Shown: piece by piece, positions 38,166-48,030 of the stretch | How positions within the stretch are numbered: position 1 is the first letter of the stretch | Layout of the letters: every line of letters begins with the position of its first letter | Assembly (NCBI GenBank): GCA_964383845.1 | Contig: CAYLIF010000003.1 | Location: forward strand, 34,894-98,893 | DNA length: 64,000 bases | From: an uncultured Oscillospiraceae bacterium | Lineage (GTDB): Bacteria; Bacillota; Clostridia; Peptostreptococcales; Anaerovoracaceae | Direction: 5' to 3' | Position numbers and translations under genes: made by a program | The notes under the pieces: generated by a model | The model's input: only the letters and a program-made list of their open reading frames with translations | What the model was told of the DNA's origin: nothing | Databases searched by the model: none

Positions 38166-38399
38166 CTATAATTCTATTGACGCCAGGATTTCTCTTAATT
38201 TCTTTGCTTCCTCTGGATGGAGGGTAATACCTCTACTCATGTGTTCATGGGTTCCGTCCCAATCTCTTAGATCATATTTAGCAGGACCTCCGTTCCATGA
38301 GACCATATTAAGTTCTTTCGCCCATCCAGAAGTGTTATTAGCTATAACCCCAATATGTTCAACAATTTCAAAAGTTATATCTTCCCGTTCAGTAGCCAT
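38166..38399 (-). CDS. YdbC-family PC4-like single-stranded DNA-binding protein
   Basis: FEIVEHIGVIANNTSGWAKELNMVSWNGGPAKYDLRDWDGTHEHMSRGITL matches my recollection of Lactococcus YdbC. The start is moved from 38429 to the ATG after AAGGAG. Confidence 0.6.
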   Translation of the reverse strand: MATEREDITFEIVEHIGVIANNTSGWAKELNMVSWNGGPAKYDLRDWDGTHEHMSRGITLHPEEAKKLREILASIEL

Positions 38400-38487
38400 G
38401 GATAATCTCCTTTCTTGATCAACAAACAAAGTCCTAACGCTTTGTGGTATTATATTACATTATTTTCCACATATTGTCAATCACAGA

Positions 38488-39327
38488 TTATCCTTTATCT
38501 ACCAAAGAATGAAAATCCGATCCTTTTGTAACAAACAAATCTAAAGAATCCGCCAACTGCAAAATTTTGTCTTTTTCTTCTTCTGTATGACTAGGATAAA
38601 AACACTCCAGCCCATCTAACCCATATTCTTTTAAGCGCTTAGTTAAAGACTCAAGATTATTCCAAAACTCATCACTACCTCTTAAGCCGATTTTTTTAAT
38701 CTTCATTGGATGGGCTAAAACACTTTCTCCTCCAGCTTCATGGATAACTTTAATTATTTCTGCAGCTGAAGCTTTCTTTTTTTTGATGCTACGAATTTCC
38801 TTGGTATCCAGATACTTGCCGTCTTTAAAAGCATCTGAAAACTTCCTAAGAAAACCTTTTTCTACTAGTTTTCTTGCTATTAATGGTTTACCTACATATC
38901 CTTCGTTTGGAATACCTACAAAATCATCTTCAGAAATAGGTAATCCCATTTCTGTGAGAGCATCATACAATTTGATGTTTCTTTCACTTCTAGAGGTCCT
39001 GGCTTCCTCGATTGTTTGTTTTAAGGCTGAGTTTTCTAGATCAATATAATATCCCAGTATATGAAGTTCCTCACCTCCCGGGCCATTAGCAGAAAACTCA
39101 ATTCCAGGAATCACTTTAATCCCACCTAGAATCTCTGCGGCTTTTTTAGCCTCTTTAACGCCGTTAACACCATCATGATCTGTTATAGCCATAATAGTGG
39201 TCCCCTGTCTTTTGATTTCTTCTACAACATCTTTAATTGATAAGACTCCATCCGAACGATTTGAATGAACATGCAGGTCTGCATGTTTCAAGTCTATATT
39301 TCTCAAAGTTTTCATTGTCTTAGCCAT
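38488..39327 (-). CDS. PHP-domain metal-dependent phosphoesterase
   Basis: 279 aa with ADLHVHSNRSDG, AITDHD and a C-terminal GSDFH. Confidence 0.8.
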   Translation of the reverse strand: MAKTMKTLRNIDLKHADLHVHSNRSDGVLSIKDVVEEIKRQGTTIMAITDHDGVNGVKEAKKAAEILGGIKVIPGIEFSANGPGGEELHILGYYIDLENSALKQTIEEARTSRSERNIKLYDALTEMGLPISEDDFVGIPNEGYVGKPLIARKLVEKGFLRKFSDAFKDGKYLDTKEIRSIKKKKASAAEIIKVIHEAGGESVLAHPMKIKKIGLRGSDEFWNNLESLTKRLKEYGLDGLECFYPSHTEEEKDKILQLADSLDLFVTKGSDFHSLVDKG

Positions 39328-39407
39328 TTAAAATCCTCTCAAACTATAGCTTGAAATCTTCTCTTCCAAGCCGTTAGCTACAAATTTCAAGTCCCATTAT
39401 TCTGCAA

Positions 39408-39950
39408 CTATTCAAAAAGTAATCCTTTACTTATTTCTTCCTTTACAACTGAGCCTTTTAATACACCCACTAACTCCAGACCAAATCTCATAGCTGTTGC
39501 AGGTCCTTTAGAGGTAATTATATTTCCATCTATAACAACAGGCATATCTTTATACTCTCCTTGGTTCAAATGGTTTTCCATACCCGGATATATTGTGGCT
39601 TTTTTTCCAGCAAGCATTCCTATCTCGCCTAGAATCATAGGAGCGGCACATATGGCAGCTATATTTTTACCTGCTTGGTTAAACTCTTTAATCCTATTCA
39701 AAAGATCTTCATTTTTCATTAAATTACTTGTACCTGGCATTCCTCCTGGAAGTACTATCATTTCACATTCTTCATAGTCTGCGTCTGAAAACATAATATC
39801 GGCTTTTACCGAAATACCATGTGCCCCCTTGACCTCCAAGGTTTTTTCCATAGAAACCGTCTTCACAGATATCTCGGCTCTCCGTAATATATCCACCACC
39901 GTCAATGCTTCTATTTCTTCAAAGCCTTCTGCTAAATGTACATAAATCAT
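39408..39950 (-). CDS. DJ-1/PfpI (ThiJ/YajL-like) family protein
   Basis: 180 aa with LPGGMPG and the nucleophile elbow AAICAAP. Confidence 0.85.
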   Translation of the reverse strand: MIYVHLAEGFEEIEALTVVDILRRAEISVKTVSMEKTLEVKGAHGISVKADIMFSDADYEECEMIVLPGGMPGTSNLMKNEDLLNRIKEFNQAGKNIAAICAAPMILGEIGMLAGKKATIYPGMENHLNQGEYKDMPVVIDGNIITSKGPATAMRFGLELVGVLKGSVVKEEISKGLLFE

Positions 39951-40028
39951 AATTCTTCTACCTCCTATATATTTATTATAGTATAATACACGTATATAAC
40001 AAAATTATACCACAAGAAAGGGGATATC

Positions 40029-40520
40029 ATGTATCAAGTTGGAATTTTAACTGCAAGTGACAAGGGATTTCAAGGGGAGAGAGAAGATTTGTCGGGAAAA
40101 ATCATTCGTGAAATGCTTCGTGATAGCGACGATTTTTGGGATAAAGAGACGATTATACTTCCTGATAATCAAAGTATGATTGAATCCACAATGATAAAGT
40201 GGGCAGATGAGCTTCATTTAGATTTAATTTTAACCACTGGTGGTACCGGTTTTTCGCATCGAGATGTAACTCCTGACGCTACTCTTAATGTTCTAGATAA
40301 AAGAACCCCCGGAATACCGGAGGCCATGAGATCTTATTCATTAAAAATAACTCCTCGAGCTATGCTATCAAGGGCAGAAGCCGGAATTCGAGGTAACACT
40401 CTAATTGTTAACCTTCCAGGAAGTCCAAAAGCAGTGAAGGAAATACTTGAGTACATTTTACCTTCTATTAAACACGGGTTGGATATCTTGCTAGATTTAG
40501 ATGGTGAGTGTGCTGGATAG
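40029..40520 (+). CDS. mog: MogA/MoaB-family molybdenum cofactor biosynthesis protein
   Basis: 163 aa with ILTASDKG, LILTTGGTGFSHRDVTPDA and NLPGSPKA. Confidence 0.8.
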   Translation: MYQVGILTASDKGFQGEREDLSGKIIREMLRDSDDFWDKETIILPDNQSMIESTMIKWADELHLDLILTTGGTGFSHRDVTPDATLNVLDKRTPGIPEAMRSYSLKITPRAMLSRAEAGIRGNTLIVNLPGSPKAVKEILEYILPSIKHGLDILLDLDGECAG

Positions 40521-40523
40521 CCC

Positions 40524-41450
40524 TTACCTTTCCTCTCGAAAATATGAATTACCCAAGTCCATAGGCGGCTGATTTTCCTTTCCCTTTTTGTGAGAGCTTA
40601 TTATTACAATTACAATTGTTGCCAAATAAGGTATCATATCAACCAAATATTGAGACACTGATATTCCCATGGCTTGAAGTCTTAATCCTAAGATGCTAAG
40701 TCCACCAAAGAGAATTGCTCCTAAAAAAGCTTTTATAGGATTCCATGATGCAAATATAACCAGGGCAACTGCAATCCATCCTCGCCCATTAACCACATCA
40801 GACTGCCATATGGGAACACGTACAAGTGACAAGTAAGCCCCGCCTAAGCCACAAAGAGCTCCTCCGATTAAAATATGTGTATATTTATAAAGTGCAACGT
40901 TAATTCCTGAAGCATCTGCAGAAGAGGTGTTTTCTCCCACTGCTCTTAAATTTAAGCCCGGTTTCGTTTTATAAAGATATAAGGTGGACACTATTACCAA
41001 GAGATACGCTAAATACACAAAAACGTCTTGTTTAAAAAAGACTGGTCCAAAGAATGGAATGTCCCCCAAGATGGGTATTGTTTTTTTTGCAAAAAAACCA
41101 ACTACTGAGGATGGCACCATAGCACCAAGCATATCTTGTCCCACAAAACTAACGAAACCTGTTCCAAAGATTGTTAAGGTTAATCCTGTTACAACTTGAT
41201 TGGCTCTTAATGTAACTGTGAGAATCGCATAAATTAAAGCGCCCCCTGCTCCTGCTGCAGCTGCAGCCAATAAAGCAATACTTCCATTGTCTGTATTCAA
41301 GGCTGCCATAAAGCCCATAACTGAACCCAGCAGCATCATTCCTTCAACTCCAAGATTTAAATGACCGCTTTTTTCTGTAATCAGCTCTCCAACTGTAGCA
41401 AAGATTAAAGGTGTGGCGGCAACAATACAAGTAGCTAAAAAGCTTTCCAT
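40524..41450 (-). CDS. ABC transporter permease (BMP/nucleoside type, second permease)
   Basis: 308 aa polytopic protein, last gene of the four-gene ABC operon. Confidence 0.85.
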   Translation of the reverse strand: MESFLATCIVAATPLIFATVGELITEKSGHLNLGVEGMMLLGSVMGFMAALNTDNGSIALLAAAAAGAGGALIYAILTVTLRANQVVTGLTLTIFGTGFVSFVGQDMLGAMVPSSVVGFFAKKTIPILGDIPFFGPVFFKQDVFVYLAYLLVIVSTLYLYKTKPGLNLRAVGENTSSADASGINVALYKYTHILIGGALCGLGGAYLSLVRVPIWQSDVVNGRGWIAVALVIFASWNPIKAFLGAILFGGLSILGLRLQAMGISVSQYLVDMIPYLATIVIVIISSHKKGKENQPPMDLGNSYFREER

Positions 41451-41451
41451 A

Positions 41452-42534
41452 CTATGCTACCTCCTTTTTTGATTTTCCAAGACCTTTGGCTGGAATTAAT
41501 CTATATTGTAGGAAAAATTCACTGCCTAACACAAAGAGAAGAATAGTTCCCTGAACCACATTGGAAACGGCGCTTGAAACATTAAGGCTAACCTGTATAT
41601 ATGCCCCCCCTTGTATAAGCATGGCAAATACTATGCATACGAAAAGAGCAGCAATTGCGTTAAGCCTAGCTAGCCAAGCTGTAATAATGGCGGTAAACCC
41701 ATATCCACCTGAAATTCCAATGGCCAGGGTTTTTTCTACAGCAGACACTTGGATCATTCCTGCCAAGCCACAAAGTCCCCCAGAAACCAACATTGCGGTA
41801 ACAATAATTTTGTTGATATTCATTCCCGCATATCTTGCAGTCTCAATGCTCTCTCCCACAACAGTAATTTCGTAACCTGTCTTTGTATGTTTCATGAAAA
41901 CATATATCAACCCGACGCATATAAGTGCTACCATCCAACCCACATGCAAGCCAAATAGTTTGGGCATTAGTGCCCATTCGGGAAAAGGAGCGATTTTGGG
42001 AAATCCATTTGCTGCAGGATCCATCCATGCCTGATACTGTAAGTATGTAACAAATTTAATCGCTACATAATTCATCATTAGTGTGAAAATAGTTTCGTTG
42101 GTACCCATTTTTGCTTTGAAAATCGCTGGTATAAAAGCCCACAAGCCTCCTACCAAAATTGCGGCCAAAGCCATAACAAGTAGGGCTAAGGCTTTCGGCA
42201 TTTCAGGGAAGAATAGAGCAACATAGCTTGCTGCAAAAGCTCCCATCATAATTTGTCCTTCTCCTCCAATATTCCAGAACTTCATTTTAAATGCCACCAA
42301 AATTCCAAGAGAAGTTATTATAAGAGGAACAGCCTTAATAATTGTCTGCTTGATACGCATTTCAGAGCCCACAGACCCCTCTATTATTGTCTTAAATATT
42401 TCAATAGGGTTTAAATTAAAAATCAAAAGTATTAAACCGGTAAAAACCAGAGAAAGTAAAATAGCTCCTCCTCTAATAAGCCATTCTTTCCGCTTTGGTA
42501 TGTCGTCTCTTTTCGCAATTCTCAAAATGTTCAT
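41452..42534 (-). CDS. ABC transporter permease (BMP/nucleoside type, first permease)
   Basis: 360 aa polytopic protein. There is a 1-nt gap to the next permease, and its start overlaps the ATPase gene stop. Confidence 0.85.
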   Translation of the reverse strand: MNILRIAKRDDIPKRKEWLIRGGAILLSLVFTGLILLIFNLNPIEIFKTIIEGSVGSEMRIKQTIIKAVPLIITSLGILVAFKMKFWNIGGEGQIMMGAFAASYVALFFPEMPKALALLVMALAAILVGGLWAFIPAIFKAKMGTNETIFTLMMNYVAIKFVTYLQYQAWMDPAANGFPKIAPFPEWALMPKLFGLHVGWMVALICVGLIYVFMKHTKTGYEITVVGESIETARYAGMNINKIIVTAMLVSGGLCGLAGMIQVSAVEKTLAIGISGGYGFTAIITAWLARLNAIAALFVCIVFAMLIQGGAYIQVSLNVSSAVSNVVQGTILLFVLGSEFFLQYRLIPAKGLGKSKKEVA

Positions 42535-44063
42535 TGAGGGGTTCCCTCCTCCTCTATACGACTAGAACCAGTCATTAATAAGCCTATTTCTTCTTTGGTC
42601 ACATTTGCCGGGTCAACAATTCCAGTTATTTTGCCATGGCACAGAACCATTATGCGGTCACATAATGCCATCAAAACATCCAAGTCTTCTCCAACAAACA
42701 AAACACCAACTCCAGCGGCCTTTTGCTGGTTTAGTAAATCGTATATCTTGTAAGAAGCTCCTATATCGAGTCCTCGTACTGGATAGGCAGTAATTAGTAC
42801 CTTAGGATTAGAGTCGATCTCTCTGCCTAGTAGAACCTTTTGAATATTACCACCCGAAAGTTTTTTGACTGCTGTGAAAATACTAGGTGTTTTTATCTCT
42901 AAAGAATCAACGATTTTTTCAGCTTTTGCTATGCTTGGACCTCTTTTTAAAAATATCCCAGGTTGACTTTGGTAGTCTTTTAATACAATATTATGAACAA
43001 TATCCATGCTTCCAATCAAGCCCATCCCCAACCGGTCTTCAGGAATAAATCCCATCCTGATGCCTAAAGTTATAATCTCCCTAGGAGACTTCCCTAGTAT
43101 GTTTTCTCCTTCAAAGAAAATGCGACCTTTCTCTGAAGGGATAAGCCCAGCAATAACTTCACACAATTCTTTTTGACCACTTTTTGCAACTCCAGCTACG
43201 CCTAGGATTTCATAATCGCAAAGAGTAAAGTTAATGTCTTCTAAGGCATATTTGCCTTCTCGATCTTTTATCGTAACCCCATCCATAGCCAGGAGTGGCT
43301 TGTTGCTATCGAAAGTCTGTTTGTGTATATCTAAATCCACTTTTTTCCCAACCATCATTTCTATTAATTCTGGGACCTGAACTTCATCGGTGGGAACTGT
43401 GTTTATTGATTTGCCTTTTCTAAGAATTGTTATACGATCAGATATTTCCATTACTTCATTTAATTTATGAGTTATTATAACAATTGCACAACCTTGCTTC
43501 TTCATATTTTCGATTATTTGAAAAAGTTTTTTAATTTCTTGAGGTGTTAATACTGCGGTGGGCTCGTCCATAATAAGTATTTTGGCCCCACGGTAAAGAA
43601 CCTTTATTATTTCAAGAGTTTGTTTTTCTCCTACAGACATGTCATAAACCTTTTTATCTGGATCGATGTCTAGGCCATATTGGTCTGATATTTCTCTGAC
43701 TTTTTCCGTTAGTTTTTTGCCGCGGAGAAAAAAGCCTGAGGACTGACCCAGAATAATATTATCTTTTGCAGTCATAATATCAACTAGTTTGAAATGCTGA
43801 TGAATCATCCCTATTCCTCTACGTATAGAATCCTTAGGAGAATTAAATGTTGATTTTTCTCCTTCAACAAGAATACTCCCTTTGTCTGGTTTGTAAATCC
43901 CGCTAAGCATATTCATCAGTGTGCTTTTGCCTGCTCCATTTTCTCCTAAAAGCGCATGTACTTCTCCTTTATTAACCACAAGATTTACATCTTCGTTGGC
44001 AATTAAAGAACCAAAGGATTTCCATATGCCTCTCATTTCAATTGCAATTTGACTCTGCACCAT
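42531..44063 (-). CDS. ABC transporter ATP-binding protein with duplicated ATPase domains
   Basis: 510 aa with Walker A GENGAGKST, MSVGEKQTLEI, ILIMDEPT and a second signature LSGGNIQKV. Confidence 0.9.
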   Translation of the reverse strand: MVQSQIAIEMRGIWKSFGSLIANEDVNLVVNKGEVHALLGENGAGKSTLMNMLSGIYKPDKGSILVEGEKSTFNSPKDSIRRGIGMIHQHFKLVDIMTAKDNIILGQSSGFFLRGKKLTEKVREISDQYGLDIDPDKKVYDMSVGEKQTLEIIKVLYRGAKILIMDEPTAVLTPQEIKKLFQIIENMKKQGCAIVIITHKLNEVMEISDRITILRKGKSINTVPTDEVQVPELIEMMVGKKVDLDIHKQTFDSNKPLLAMDGVTIKDREGKYALEDINFTLCDYEILGVAGVAKSGQKELCEVIAGLIPSEKGRIFFEGENILGKSPREIITLGIRMGFIPEDRLGMGLIGSMDIVHNIVLKDYQSQPGIFLKRGPSIAKAEKIVDSLEIKTPSIFTAVKKLSGGNIQKVLLGREIDSNPKVLITAYPVRGLDIGASYKIYDLLNQQKAAGVGVLFVGEDLDVLMALCDRIMVLCHGKITGIVDPANVTKEEIGLLMTGSSRIEEEGTPQ

Positions 44064-44176
44064 TGGCCTCCAAGATAAGGCAAGGGACAGTCAATGGATG
44101 AATGCCCCCCGCAAGATTTAAGTATTAGCTATAGTTTATATAAAAACAACAGAATGGTCAACAAATCATTTCGTTA

Positions 44177-45268
44177 TTATTTAGCGCCCTTTACCAATCC
44201 TGTCATCTGCCAAATTTCTGCAATTGACATGGAATGTCCTTCTTCATTCATTACTGTTCCATCATTATATTCAATGTAACCTGAGAATGGAGCAAATGCG
44301 CCTGATTCCATTTCTGCTTGCTTAGCCATAACTAGATCTTGAACATCCATAGGGACTAAATCTGTCATGTCCGCAAGTGCAACATATCCATCTGACATAT
44401 TACCATAATAATTTTCAGGAACAAAGGTTCCATCCATGATTTTCTGAACTCGGTCAATCAAGTATACCTCGTGGTGCCAAATAGGTGCAGTTAAGAATGC
44501 ATCGGGAGCCACATTGTTTGGATAGTTATATCCGATTGCGAAACCGCCACCCTCTGAAGCTGCAACCTGTGGACCTGTAGTATCGCAGTGTTGTGCAATA
44601 ACATCGCATCCTGCTGCAATTAACTCGTCACCAGCTGCTCTTTCTTTTTCAGGATCATACCATGAATTAATATAAACAACTTTAACCTCAACATCTGGAT
44701 TCACAGATTGAGCACCTAATGTAAATGCGTTGATTCCAATGTTTACTTCTGTATAAGGATGAGCTCCAACATATCCAAGTTTATTTGTTTCTGTCATACT
44801 TGCAGCCACCATACCTGATAGATATCTAGCATCTTCTATAGCTCCGAAATAGTTTTCAAAATTAGTGTCGTTGCTCTTGTTGCCGGAGAAATGAAGGAAT
44901 ACGATATCATCATATTCGCCAGAGTTTGCCAACTCGTCCAAAGCATCCATAAAGCCGTAGCTAGTTCCTACAACAACATTACAGTCTTGATCAATTAGGT
45001 TTAATGCAGCATCAAGAGAAGCTTGCTTGTCAGTATCGTCAACACCTTCAATAAATGCTGTCTCTACAGCACCCCCAAAATGAGCTTCCATTGCTGTTGT
45101 ACCTTCATGGTGGGCTTGAGTATATCCACCGTCGTTAATTACTCCAATATAGATAAAACCTACTTTCAGTGCAGTATCTTCTCCGTCTTGATCCGTGTCA
45201 GCTCCGCCGCATGCAGCCAAACTAAAAACAAGAACCAAAGCTAATACTATCGCTAAGACTTTTTTCAT
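44177..45268 (-). CDS. BMP-family (PnrA/NupN-like) substrate-binding lipoprotein
   Basis: 363 aa. The signal peptide ends in the lipobox LAAC. The BMP family call rests on overall similarity from memory and on the operon context. Confidence 0.8.
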   Translation of the reverse strand: MKKVLAIVLALVLVFSLAACGGADTDQDGEDTALKVGFIYIGVINDGGYTQAHHEGTTAMEAHFGGAVETAFIEGVDDTDKQASLDAALNLIDQDCNVVVGTSYGFMDALDELANSGEYDDIVFLHFSGNKSNDTNFENYFGAIEDARYLSGMVAASMTETNKLGYVGAHPYTEVNIGINAFTLGAQSVNPDVEVKVVYINSWYDPEKERAAGDELIAAGCDVIAQHCDTTGPQVAASEGGGFAIGYNYPNNVAPDAFLTAPIWHHEVYLIDRVQKIMDGTFVPENYYGNMSDGYVALADMTDLVPMDVQDLVMAKQAEMESGAFAPFSGYIEYNDGTVMNEEGHSMSIAEIWQMTGLVKGAK

Positions 45269-45453
45269 TTCTTTTCTCCTTTTAAAAAATATAGTTGATT
45301 TCTCTTATTACAATATCTATTATACCGCTGTATATTCTGTCGTAAAGCTTACTAAGGTGAATTACTAGATACTTTTCACTTGTATTGGTTAAATGTTCGC
45401 ATTATATCGTACGTTATCGCAGGTTATACGGTTTTATGTACGTATAAATACTT

Positions 45454-46032
45454 CTAATTTTCAGCAAATAATATTTGACCATCTCGAATTTCTTTGATTA
45501 CAGCTAAGGATTCAACTCTGTACCCCTTACTACGCAATTTTTCTCCACCGCCCTGAAATTGCTTCTCAATTACTGCACCAATACCAAGAATCTCTGCTCC
45601 ACTTTGTCTACATAGCTCACAAAGGGCAAGGGCTGCTTCACCTGAGGCTAAAAAATCATCAATAATCAACACTTTATCATCAGGGCCGAGAAAATTTTTC
45701 GATACTCTTAGGGTAGACACAATGCCCTTTGTAAAGGATTTTGCTGGAGCACAATAATAACCTTCAACTAAAGTGTTGGGTGCAGCTTTCTTTGCAAATA
45801 CTACAGGAATTTGAGAAAAGCGTTTTGCAGTTTCACAGGCGATTGCTATGCCACTAGATTCTACCGTCAGAATTTTGTTGGGTAGGCAGTCAGAAAAGCG
45901 ATCTTTAAATTCCTCTCCCAGTTGTTCCATGAAAGCAACATCAATCTGGTGGTTAAGAAAATGATCAACTTTAACAATTTCTGATCCAATAGCTTTTCCT
46001 TCTTCCAATATTTTCTTTTTTAACTGATCCAT
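45454..46032 (-). CDS. xpt: Xanthine phosphoribosyltransferase
   Basis: MDQLKKKILEEGKAIGSEIVKVDHFLNHQID...TVESSGIA...VLIIDDFLASGEAA...GYRVESLA closely parallels B. subtilis Xpt. The start is moved from 46119 to the ATG after AAAGGA. Confidence 0.92.
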   Translation of the reverse strand: MDQLKKKILEEGKAIGSEIVKVDHFLNHQIDVAFMEQLGEEFKDRFSDCLPNKILTVESSGIAIACETAKRFSQIPVVFAKKAAPNTLVEGYYCAPAKSFTKGIVSTLRVSKNFLGPDDKVLIIDDFLASGEAALALCELCRQSGAEILGIGAVIEKQFQGGGEKLRSKGYRVESLAVIKEIRDGQILFAEN

Positions 46033-46078
46033 TTCTAAATCATCCTTTCGCGCAGACTTGAGTTTTAATGATTCTTTA

Positions 46079-46828
46079 TTAAAGGGTTTGTGGGCTAAAT
46101 GAACAGTAGCCTCCACCACCTAAATGAATTGTGCCATGCTGAATACCTTCTTCTAAAAGGTCTACCAAAACAGCTTCTAGGTTGCCATTTTCCATGGCTT
46201 CTAATATGTTTTCTGGCTTCCCACGGCATATTAATTTATCATATATATACGCTTTTATAATCACATCGGATATGTCTATTTTTTTAAAGAATAAGTCTCT
46301 AGCCTCCATGGTATCTAATAGTAACAAAGTATTTTCCAAAACCGTCTTCTCTTCAACCTCTAAAGTCTCTCCCGCTTGCATATTTATAATTGTCATTCCC
46401 ATTAAAATTGGTATTTCTGGCTGTTGGTCTACTCTCCCAAGAACCATACCATCTCTATGAATAAGTACATAGGAATCCCCATATGATATACCCGCATCTT
46501 CAGTGCGTTCTAAAATTTCTATAAGCAAGGTTTCGGGAAGCTTCCTTTTTATAGAAGCGTTTTTGATGTATGGATCTTTTTCCATTAATTCAATTCGAGT
46601 CTTTTTGTCTAGCTGAAAAAGATTTGTAGCTTTTTTAATTTTTGCCAGCTCTATTACTTGCTCTGCAGAGTAATGATTTTGCCCGGTTACTTCAATCTTT
46701 GTTATGTCAAATATATGTGAAGTTAGGAAAAAATATAAACCTATCCCTAGAAACAGAATTAGAATAAAACGAAGCAAATAATGTTTCTTTTTTCTACGTT
46801 TTTTTTTCTCCTTCACTTCTATTGTCAT
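46079..46828 (-). CDS. ftsQ: Cell division protein FtsQ/DivIB
   Basis: 249 aa with a basic N-terminus, one TM segment, a POTRA-like region (ITKIEVTGQNHYSAEQV) and a dcw-cluster position. Confidence 0.85.
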   Translation of the reverse strand: MTIEVKEKKKRRKKKHYLLRFILILFLGIGLYFFLTSHIFDITKIEVTGQNHYSAEQVIELAKIKKATNLFQLDKKTRIELMEKDPYIKNASIKRKLPETLLIEILERTEDAGISYGDSYVLIHRDGMVLGRVDQQPEIPILMGMTIINMQAGETLEVEEKTVLENTLLLLDTMEARDLFFKKIDISDVIIKAYIYDKLICRGKPENILEAMENGNLEAVLVDLLEEGIQHGTIHLGGGGYCSFSPQTL

Positions 46829-46871
46829 AATTACTTCCCTCTCATATTTAGTCTAATTCATTTTTATGATT

Positions 46872-47984
46872 TTACTTTGCGCCTTTCCTAGTTAAATCAA
46901 GATGCTCATATATAATGCTGGCAGATTTATTATTACCAAGGTCTTTCATCCGATTTCTCATCATGTCTATTGCCTTAGAATCTTGGCTTAAATTTATTAT
47001 TGCTTTTGCCAGTTTGGCTCCAGATAGATTTGTCTCTTCTAAAATAATGGCCCCCCCATTTTCAGATACTGCCTTTGCATTGTAAAGTTGATGATTCCCC
47101 GTGACATTGGGAGAAGGTATCAATATGGCAGGAACACCCACAAGGGCTTCTTCTGCTAGGGTTAATGCTCCAGCTCTTGATACCGCTAAATCGGCAGATT
47201 GCAATAATATATCCATATTCTCAGCATATTCCATGAGTTTAAGGTTATGATTTTCTTTTAGGCCATGTTTTTCCAGTTCTTTTTTTATCTCATCATAATA
47301 TCTGCTTCCTGTTACAAAATATATGGATAATTCTTCATGAAATGAAAAATAAGGCAAGGCATCAAGAGTTGCTCTGTTAATCACTGCTGAACCAAGGCTC
47401 CCCCCAAATACTAGGACCATGAAGCTATCCTTTTTTTCAGAAAGCTGCTTCCTGGCTTGGGCTTTTGATATGCCTTCAAAGGACTTTCGGATTGGATTCC
47501 CTGTAATAAATAGTTTATCCTTGTTTTTAAAAAATGGCGCTGCTTCCTCAAAACCTAAAAATATCTTGTCAGTTCTTGGGGCCAACCATCGATTTGCCAA
47601 GCCTGGCATTGCGTTTTGTTCATGAATATATGTATTAATTCCCATCTGATTAGCTCTCATAATAACTGGGACGCAGACGTAACCTCCAGTGCCTATTACC
47701 GCTACAGGATTAAACTCCTTTAAAATATGTCCAGCTTGAACCAATCCTTTTATCATGTCCTTGGCAGTAAAAAGATTACGATATATTTTTTTTCGATGAA
47801 AGCCACTGGCAGAAATCACTCTTAATTCATAGCCTGCCTTTGGAATAACCTTTTTTTCCAAGGGTCTTCCAGTACCAATAAATATAATCTCTGCTTGGGG
47901 GTTTTCTTCTTTTATCTTATTGGCAATGGCAATGGCAGGATATATATGTCCTCCAGTGCCACCACAAGTCATTATTACTTTCAT
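46872..47984 (-). CDS. murG: Lipid II synthase (UDP-GlcNAc--undecaprenyl-PP-MurNAc-pentapeptide GlcNAc transferase)
   Basis: 370 aa starting TCGGTGGHIYPAIAIA, with SRAGALTLAE. Confidence 0.93.
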   Translation of the reverse strand: MKVIMTCGGTGGHIYPAIAIANKIKEENPQAEIIFIGTGRPLEKKVIPKAGYELRVISASGFHRKKIYRNLFTAKDMIKGLVQAGHILKEFNPVAVIGTGGYVCVPVIMRANQMGINTYIHEQNAMPGLANRWLAPRTDKIFLGFEEAAPFFKNKDKLFITGNPIRKSFEGISKAQARKQLSEKKDSFMVLVFGGSLGSAVINRATLDALPYFSFHEELSIYFVTGSRYYDEIKKELEKHGLKENHNLKLMEYAENMDILLQSADLAVSRAGALTLAEEALVGVPAILIPSPNVTGNHQLYNAKAVSENGGAIILEETNLSGAKLAKAIINLSQDSKAIDMMRNRMKDLGNNKSASIIYEHLDLTRKGAK

Positions 47985-48030
47985 TGTTCTATCCTATAAT
48001 TAATTAAAGGCACATAAAAAAGATCAGTTA

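Noticed and set aside
45269-45453. Purine, 2'-dG or other riboswitch ahead of the BMP nucleoside ABC operon, including the bulged hairpin at 45403-45446
   Set aside because: The region lacks the three-way-junction signature of purine riboswitches (no GUUUCUACC or CCGUAAA-like segments). The hairpin TATATCGTAC...GTACGTATA has a 25-nt unstructured loop and no U-run. I cannot assign it, and it may simply mark the xpt 3' end.
46033-46078. Guanine riboswitch upstream of xpt
   Set aside because: Only 46 nt separate the ftsQ stop from the xpt start. That is too short for a purine aptamer plus expression platform, and no UAUAAU/CCGUAAA-type junction motifs are present.
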